Made by a program: the position numbers and the translations under genes. The notes beneath the pieces are model-generated. The model saw only the letters and a program-made list of their open reading frames with translations, made no database searches and was not told where the DNA came from. From the NCBI GenBank assembly GCA_951406725.2, contig OX597817.1:78554001-78618000 (forward strand): 64,000 nucleotides of DNA, written 5' to 3'. How positions within the stretch are numbered: position 1 is the first letter of the stretch; every line of letters starts with the position of its first letter. Source of the stretch: Octopus vulgaris (taxonomy: Eukaryota). Positions 54,616 to 64,000 of this stretch are shown here, piece after piece.

Positions 54616-55903
54616 CAACTGATAAGCAAATCTGTGGTATTGAGCAAAATCTTGCTAAAGGCTGAAGCATTTGTCTGAAAAGGGGTTTCTTCTCTGAAGA
54701 CCTTGTTCTGATCAGCTCTCTTGAGAGTTCTTACCATTATGTATAAACCTAGGTAGTAGACATATGTAATATGACAATCTCCATCAAATTTAAAATAAAA
54801 CGAACAGCTTTAATCAATTTTTGGACTTAAGTGGACGCTCATCAGAGGTGTCTATATCACTTGACCAGTCCCAGAGAAGCAAACTATCAATCTGTTTTAT
54901 TCATTTATACATGCATATATATTAGTTATGAGGGTGTGTGCTTGCATGACAAATAACCAGTATTTAGAACTATGTATGATCCTGTTCCTGCTATTGTCTT
55001 CATATTCATATCATTCCATATGAATCTGGAGTTTAGGTATTTCACAAAGTACATGTAGAAAATAAAGCAAAAGATGAGAGTTTATTTATGATAGATTTAA
55101 CTAAACCATTAGTTGGCAGTAGTTGTCTCCTTTTCTGCCCACCTACAATTATTTAGAAGTGGTTGGTATTTGGTTATCAAAGCCATTTCTTTGTTGATGT
55201 GTTGGTATTATGTGTTGGTGTTATGTTTTGTAATTGTTAAATCATAAAATTGTTAAATCATAAAATATTATAATTTTGTGATAAGCAGCTGACTTCTGTT
55301 ATTGATTTGGAAAAGAGTGGGATGTTACTGCTCTGAGGAGTATTCAACAAATCATGGAACGGTCAGGTAAGAGACACATATTCTGCACATTAATATCATA
55401 GAAAATGTGTACTTACACTTTTAATTCACCCACAGGGAAGCTTCATAATATTTTTAAAAAAAAAGCAAATATCTTGTGTTTTCTAAGAAAAACTTACTTT
55501 ATTTACCTGAGTAACATTAAAACACTAAGAAAATTTGCAGACTGATCTGGTAGATATAGTAGCCAAATCTCCCTCACATCACTCATCCTAATCACATACA
55601 AAAAAAAGGACACTTTGCACAATGTAAACTTTGATATACAAATAGTTGGAATGGTCATGACTGGAATGTCTATCATCAAAGATCAACTCATTGAGTATTG
55701 AAGAGAGGCTAAACAGCCACGATCATTGCAACAAGAATTAGTTATTGTTTTGAATATAATAATCACAATTACATTAAAAAAAAAGCCTTTACCCTTTCAA
55801 ATGTGACAACGTGCCAAACACTGTTACGAAATCTATGAACATCATGATCAACATCATCATGATCAAAATCATGATGATGATGATGATGATGATCATCATC
55901 ATC

Positions 55904-55935
<32 letters not shown>

Positions 55936-56960
55936 CATCATCATCACCACCACCATCACCACCGCCACCACCACCTCCTCCATCACCAACACTGCCATCA
56001 TCATCATAGGAGTTCTCATCACTATCATCATCATCAACAACAACAACAACAATAGCCAAAAATTCTTACCCAACCTCTTAACACCATTTATATAGATTCC
56101 ATATGAAAATGATGCTGAAGAAGATGGTAGAAGAAAGAAACAGAAGAGACTGGGTAGTCAAAAAGAGAGAGAGAGAATATATATATGTATGTGTGTGTGT
56201 AATATATATATATATATATATATATAATATTTATGTAATATATATATATACATACTTATATATATGTGTGTGTGAGTGTATGTATGTATATATATATACA
56301 TATATATATATACACACACACGCACATACAGAAAAAAGTAGAGAGAGAGAGAGCGAGAGAGAGAGCGAGTGAGGGTGGAGAAGAGATAAAGAGAATGAAC
56401 TCTGCCAAGAGAATAAGGAAATGAAAGCTGAATGAATCACTTAGTTCAAGTTTAGTCACCATAGAAAATAGACTTTCACTGAAGAATAATGACTATCAGC
56501 TGTTTCCAGACACAATTCCTTCTTGTCATTTTTCCTCCTTTTTAAATATTTTTCCTCTCTGCGATTCCTTTTCCTCTCCACCACCACCACCACCACCACC
56601 ACTACCACCACTAACAACACTTACCTTTTCTTAAATTTTATTTATTCAATTTCGCTTCTTATTCTTTTTTTCCGTTTTTGATTTTTTTTTTGTTTATGTT
56701 CATATTCTTGATCTCCTCAGTTGTTCAGTAACAATAACAACAGTAACAATATCAATATGAAACTGGTAAAAGAAAAAAAAATATAATATATATGGAGAGA
56801 GAGAGAGATAGAGAGAAGAAAGGAATGTAAAGAAAAAATTTACAAACAAAAAGAAAATGGAAGTATAGAGGGAGATGTTGAAATGAGTACAAGATGTGAA
56901 CCAAGTTGTAACTGATGACATGCTTTTAAACACATAAAACTTCAATTGGCCTTTGTTTTC

Positions 56961-57004
<44 letters not shown>

Positions 57005-57043
57005 TAATAATAATAATAATAATGATAATAATAATAATAATAA

Positions 57044-57086
<43 letters not shown>

Positions 57087-57204
57087 CAATATTAACAGCT
57101 ACACTAACAACAACAAAATAATAATTTATTTATTAACCACAAGGACCAGAAAGAAGAAAATATTAAGAAAACCAAAACAAAATAAAACATACATAAATCA
57201 TAAT

Positions 57205-57270
<66 letters not shown>

Positions 57271-57844
57271 AGATAGATAGATAAATATGCACATATACAT
57301 ATATATGCCTATACATATATGTATATAATGTGTATATATGCCATATATATATGTATATATGTGTGTGTGTGTGTATATATATATGTATATATATGTATAT
57401 ATATATATATACATATATATGTATGTATGTATATATATTTGCTGTATATCAATGTCAAACTTTGAGAAGTGTGATAAGTGCCATACAAGAAACTCTCATC
57501 TTCTGAATTCCCCTTTTTTTTGTAACTTTCTACCAATTAAAACATACTGGTTTTGAGGAGAGAGTTGTTGGTACGATCGTCCCCTATTACATGACTAGTA
57601 TTTTTCTTTGTAAAGCAAAATTAATCTCAGTGGAATTCGAATTCAGAGCAAATGTATAGGTCCAGAATATATATATATATATATGATGGATTTCATTAAG
57701 TTTCTGTCTACCAAATCCACTCACAATGCTTTGGTCAGCCTAAAGCTATAGTAGAAGGCACTTGCCCAAGGTGTCATGCAGTGGAACTGAAACCGGAACC
57801 ATGTGGTTGGTAAGCAAGGTACTTACCACACAGCCACTCTGTCA

Positions 57845-57919
<75 letters not shown>

Positions 57920-57966
57920 CTGTAAATATAATATGTGATAATTATTCGGTAGCCATGATAAAACTG

Positions 57967-58995
57967 AAAGAAAGGAGTTAATATGGCTGGCTCCCAATTT
58001 CAATATGATGCCAGGGTTAGTTTCTTCATGATGCTCATCAGCATCAGTAGGGCAAGCAGAACTTTGATTTTGTCTCCTGTGGTTGGAAACCAATCACTGC
58101 TATATCTGGGTCGGACATGCTGCAGATGGCTTTCAGCATAGTCATTCATTTTGTCTGCTATATATTGGAACATTTCATCTGTCAAACCTCATGCGAGATT
58201 TCCAATGGTAAACTTCCATGTTTAAGGTTTGCATTTATGCCGAATATACCAGTAAATCCATGCCATCAGACGAAATTGTTTCTCGCTCACCACATGACAT
58301 ACTGTTGTCCAGGGCCATTCACTGCTGCCCCCTTGTACCTTTGATTCCCCAGAATATTACCATCACTATCAGAATCATCTGATTCTGAACTAGGAAAATA
58401 CTCATTTTCTGAGTCATTGTCCGAACTGGATGAAACAATTGGTGAGGTGGTGGAGCTTGGTGTTGCTTGGCATGACAACCATAAATTTGATGAAACAGGG
58501 TGCGACAAAGAAGCTAACAGAGCCAGAGTAGCAGGATGCAACAATGATACTGATGGTACCAGAGTAGTAGAACATGAGGAAGCAAGAGTGATATGATGTG
58601 ATGATGAACGTGACGAAGCCGATGTGGTGGGATGTAATGATGAAGTCGGTGTGGTGGGACGCAGCCGCAAATTATGTGCAGGATGAGAAAAATCAGCTAC
58701 AGCAGAATCCCTGCAAGCACTGGCAGTATGAGAGGATGAACATAGATTAGTTTTGAGTTGACTGGAAGCCATAATGCTAATGTTGTATAATCACCAAAAC
58801 CACAGCTTATACAGAATAAAGCTTACATCCGGGCTGTAAATATTTACATGAAACATCTAACCAGCCTACCAGTCGGCCGGTTAGCTGTTTCTAATTCATG
58901 TGACAGGCTCTAAGTCAGGTGGCATATAACTATGCTGACCGATTTAAAGCATGTACATTGTGTGAGTAAATTTACGTCAACCCAATTTAAAACGG
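57967..58995 (-). mobile_element. piggyBac transposon 5' remnant
   Basis: Terminus TTAA-ccgttt at 58999-58990. Ser/acidic N-terminus (SSSDNDSENEYFPSSESDDSDSD), FTGIFGI, and NDYA..WFPTTGDKIKVLLALLMLMSIMKKLTLASY, typical of piggyBac transposase N-terminal regions. Confidence 0.85.
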
Positions 58996-59070
58996 TTAAA
59001 TCTAACGTAGGTACGTCATCATCATTACCACCATCACCCCACCATCATCATCAGCCTCATCACCACAACC

Positions 59071-59116
<46 letters not shown>

Positions 59117-59621
59117 AGATCATCATTTAATGTCTATGTTACATACTTGAATAGTTTGGACAGTTTGACAGGAACTGATGTGTCCAAGGACTGCATCAAG
59201 CTCCAGTGTTTTCTTTGGCATAAGGGTTTATGACTGGACACCCTTTCTAATGCCAAATACATTATACTATGGACTGGATGCTCTTTACGTGTCACCTGCA
59301 CTATACAGATTACCATGCACTGTATAAGTAGGAGAAATAACCTTGGTGCTGTTGGAGGGGTTCAGTCTCATGACAGGAGCAAGGGAATGTCCAAATGAGG
59401 AGAAGAGTAGAGCAGGTTAGAAACAAGGTTTGAAATATGATGTGGCAGGGATTTAGAAAATGAATACTTTATTTACCATATTTCCATTGCAAAACAGTGC
59501 CTTTGTTTCAATTTATATTAGAAATATTCAGAAATTTAGTAAAATGACATATATATTATTAGCCTATTGGTTGAATCATAAATAAACATAAAATTTGGAT
59601 GGAAAGATTTAATTTAGTTCT

Positions 59622-59836
59622 CTTTTCCTCTTTTATTCTTTTACTTATTTCAGTCATGTGACTGTGGCCATGCTGGAGCACCGCCTTTAGTCGAGCAAAT
59701 CGACCCCAGGACTTATTCTTTGTAAGCCTAGTACTTAGTCTATCTGTGTCTTTTGCCGAACTGGTAAGTTACGGGGATGTAAACACACCAGCATCAGTTG
59801 TCAAGAGATGTTAGGGGGACAAACACAGACACACAA

Positions 59837-59875
<39 letters not shown>

Positions 59876-60030
59876 TATATATGATGGGCTTCTTTCAGTT
59901 TCCATCTACCAAATCCACTCACAAGGCTTTGGTCGGCCCGAGGCTATAGTTGAAGACACTTGCCCAAGGTACCATGCAGTGGGACTGAACCTGGAACCAT
60001 GTGGTTGGTAAGCAAGCTACTTACCACACA
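59622..60030 (-). mobile_element. Full-length SINE family A nested in a TTAA MITE (~59461-60091)
   Basis: Reverse complement of family A; the flanks rejoin to match 29928-30141. Confidence 0.85.
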
Positions 60031-60284
60031 GTCGAAGTTTGTATTATAGAACTGGAAGTAGTCTTGGGTGAGTTGGTATCAAAAGAGTTAAATGAGCTTC
60101 AATGCTTAAGTGGTACTATATTTTAGCCTCAGAAAGATGAAAGCAAAGATGACCTCGGAAATGTCTGAGCTCAATGTATAGTACTAATGGTTTGAAATTT
60201 TGGCACAATGTTACCAATTTTCGCAGAAGGTGTAAGTCGATTATTTTGACACCTGTGCTTGACTGGTACTTATTTTATACCAAC

Positions 60285-60430
60285 AATAACTGGAGCTCTA
60301 AGCATGATAAAAAGTACATATGGTCAAAAACGTAGAAGCTATACCTGGATCCTCAACACTTCACATTATGCAAAAAAATTGCTCTGCTAGGAACATTCCA
60401 CATCCTACGCAAGACACTATCAATTCAATA
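60285..60430 (+). mobile_element. Old R4/Dong-like 3' fragment
   Basis: PTITGALSMIK..QKIALLGTFHILRKTLSIQ*. Confidence 0.7.
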
Positions 60431-60761
60431 ATACAACCTAAACAAAACAACCCATGAACATAAGACACAGTCTATACAGCAATTATCCAGTAAAATAAAC
60501 TTCCACCAGCAATCCAATAACTAACGTATTACACACTCAACACATAATACAAGCAGTAGCACATAAAAAAAACCCACACCACACCTCAAGAGAAAAAAAT
60601 AAAAACACAATACAATACTGGAAGAGTTTGTGCACTCCTAGCAACAGAGAAAGGAGACGCAATACTGCACACAACTCAGCAACATGGAGGTGTAGCAGAT
60701 GATGCAGTAGAAATTTGCCTTAAACTACCAACATTTTGAACAATTATATAATGATAATAAT

Positions 60762-61302
60762 AAATGCCCTGATGCAGGGCCAGGCACTGGCTCTCATGGC
60801 TTCTGATCATAACTGATTGGAAGTGTTATTATGTTCCTGTTTTGTATTAGGTATAAAAGATGGGCTACAGCAAATATTTTGCTCAATACCACAGATTTAC
60901 TAATCAATTGCTTGACCTTAACCAGTTGAGCACGTCCCTTAGTGGCTGATGATATTCATGCCTCTGATCATGAGCAGAAGTAGTGGAGGAGCAACAAAGC
61001 TATGTATTGAGGAATTCTTTAGAGTTTGAATAATTTACCTCTGGAAACATGGGTGTTTTGTTCAACATCCTTAAACAACCTTTATTCAGGATGAGCTACT
61101 CAACCAGAAGAAAATTCTATCTAGACCCCACATGCAAGGTCATGCACTGTTTATCTTGATATGATACCACCATGTTGTGCACATATGGTTGTGATGCATG
61201 TGCATGGTGTACCATTATAAGACGAGTAGTCATGACAGGTATACTGGGCTTTGTATATTTTACCCCAGTGTCACTTTGATGGCATGTACTGCCCTCTCAC
61301 TT
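60762..61302. mobile_element. Second copy of the ~540-bp (TAA)n-flanked element
   Basis: Colinear with 39391-39924. Confidence 0.85.
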
Positions 61303-61469
61303 TAATAATAGTAATAATAATAAAAATAATAATAATGATAATCCTTTGTATTATAGGCACAAGGCCTGAAATTTTGGGGGAGGGAACTAGTTGATTACAT
61401 CGACTCCAGTACATAACTATATATGTATATATATATATGTATGTAAATATATATATGTGTGTATGTATA

Positions 61470-61516
<47 letters not shown>

Positions 61517-61621
61517 GTATATATATATATATATATATGTAAATATATATATGTATATATATATATGCATATATATATGTAAATATATATATGTATATAT
61601 ATATATATGTATATATATATG

Positions 61622-61705
<84 letters not shown>

Positions 61706-62704
61706 GCATGACTTAGTGGTTAAGGTGATGCACTCACGATTGCTAGATCATGGGTTTGATTCCCAGATGGAGCATTGCATTGTGTTCTTGAGCAAAGCAT
61801 TTCATTTCATGTTGCTCTGAAATCATTTTGACATCTTACATGTGGCACCCCGTTGCACCTGTACAGGTAACATTGATTTGATGGAGCGAGTGAGCTTGTG
61901 TCTACACAAACATTTGATCACTATAAACAAATCATCTATGTGTTTTTTCGGTAAGAAATTGTCAAACCATCATATGTCATCTAATGATGGAAGAGTCCAT
62001 CATATATATATATTTATATATATTCATTTATATATACATGATGGGCTTCTTTCAGTTTCTGTCTACCAAATCCACTTACAAGGCTTTTGTTGGACCAAGG
62101 CTATACTAGAAGACACTTTCCCAATTTACTATGCAGTGAGACTGAACCTAGAGTCATGTGGTTGGAGAGCAAGCTTCTTACCACGCAGCCATGACTAAAC
62201 AAAATATTTTAACATCATCATCATCATCGTCGTTTAGCGTTCGTTTTCCATGCTAGCATGGGTTGGACCATTGCTCTGCTATGAACATATTTTTATATGA
62301 TTAGGAAAATGCCATATAAATATCAAATGGCTATGGGTGTCCAGGAGAATAAAAGAGAAATCAAAGAGGGGTCTTGAGCAAAAAGGGATCAAGAGCCTAC
62401 ACAATTCTCTACAACTTTTGTCTACTCAGTTTCACTCACATGGTATGAATCAACTCAGAATATAATGACATATACCAATGATGGCATGCAGTAGGATTGA
62501 ACCTGTGACCTCTTGGTTGTGAAGCAAACTTCTTCACCATTTCACCATGCTAAACTTAGAATCATGTCTCTAGAAGAAGACTACCATCTATGGGATTAGT
62601 CAATAAACACCAGAGATAAAGGATTAGCCAGACAACAAAGTGTAAGTGGCATCTCCTTGGCTGATATTCTGTTTGCATTGAGGATCATATTCTTGGTAAT
62701 GCTT

Positions 62705-63076
62705 TTTGATTGCTATGATGATGTTTACTATGATGATGACGATGACGACGACGACGACGATGATGATGATGATAGCGATGACGACGACGACGACTGTGAT
62801 GACAATGATGATGGCAAAAGTGATGGTGATTATGACAAAGATGATGATAATGGTGGTGAAAATTATGGCAGCGCAGATACTGGCGATACAATGATGATGG
62901 TGATTAAATTTATGTCCATGGTCATGATGACTATGATGGTCATGATGACAATGAGGAGGACGAAGACGACGATGGCAATGATGATGGCGATGATGCTAAC
63001 AGCAATAACAATGTCAACTTCAATGCTGATGATAATAATGTTGATGATGACCATGACAACGACGACGATGATGATA

Positions 63077-63116
<40 letters not shown>
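62705..63116. repeat. Degenerate (GAT)n microsatellite
   Basis: Directly visible. Confidence 0.9.
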
Positions 63117-63117
<1 letters not shown>

Positions 63118-63259
63118 AATCCCCAAATGATCCACATGATTGATGCTCTCTTACTTTATACTAGATTTTTTTTATGTATCTGTGACATTGGAGTGACAGC
63201 TATCATGTGAGAATTTCAGCAGGTTAATAGGTGAAAAGAATAAATACATAAATAAAAAG

Positions 63260-63297
<38 letters not shown>

Positions 63298-63322
63298 GTA
63301 TATATGTATATATGTATGTGTG

Positions 63323-63361
<39 letters not shown>

Positions 63362-64000
63362 ATATGCACATAATGTTATTTGCTAGAGATATGCTTATCT
63401 CCATATATGTATGTGTTTATGCAACATGGCAGGTAGGTTTGCTATACATACATATCTACATGTCTTTTCCTAAATATAAGAATATTCGTACATACATACA
63501 TTCATGCATATATACTTACATATTTATATATATACATATATATATATATCTATACACATACACATATTCACATAGTTACACACACACACACACACACATA
63601 TATTTACACTCACACATGTATATGTATGCATATATTCACATACACGCAAATACTCAAACATTTTAATATCTAATTACATGTAATATATACTTGTATAACA
63701 TAGTTATAGATATGTGTGTGTATATGTGCCGGAATGTATGTATAAATCATGCCTGTTTATATGTATTACAAATAAGTGTATAATATATTTGTGATATATA
63801 TACACTCAGTGTGCATGAGACTGAATGGATTTGTGTGTATGCATGTATATGTGTATGTGCATGTACATATGCATGTGCATATGTACATGTCATAAGCATA
63901 TGTATAGATATATTCTTATATATACAAATGTAAATTCCAAGAAATCTATAATTTAGTTTTCAAATATATACATAAATATCTAAGCATGTAAATATATGTA

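Noticed and set aside
55289-55372. Possible exon ending in CAG/GTAAGA, and a CTGAGGA hammerhead-like start
   Set aside because: All three frames from the nearest acceptor contain stops. The second core block is GGAA and the stems do not pair.

Overview
This is AT-rich, microsatellite-saturated eukaryotic DNA with no credible host protein-coding gene. Nearly all listed ORFs are read-throughs of (TA)n, (TAA)n, (CAT)n and (TCTA)n. The repeat spectrum suggests a coleoid cephalopod (Octopus-like) intron or intergenic region; this is an inference. Recognisable content: decayed Tc1/mariner elements (mariner, one DD37D/maT-like fragment, MITEs), a piggyBac remnant and TTAA-flanked MITEs, 5'-truncated R4/Dong-clade LINEs in (TAA)n tracts, RTE-like 3' ends, and several tRNA-derived SINE families. 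The most unusual signal is a dispersed set of about 10 minimal type I hammerhead-ribozyme motifs (CUGAnGA-stem II-GAAA-short palindromic stem III-UH) from several unrelated sequence families. They lie in or next to about 13 fold-back palindromes, mostly embedded in (TA)n. This looks like a non-coding, Penelope-like or retrozyme-type system, and one family also carries a tRNA-like Pol III head. All folds and coordinates were read by eye and are approximate.
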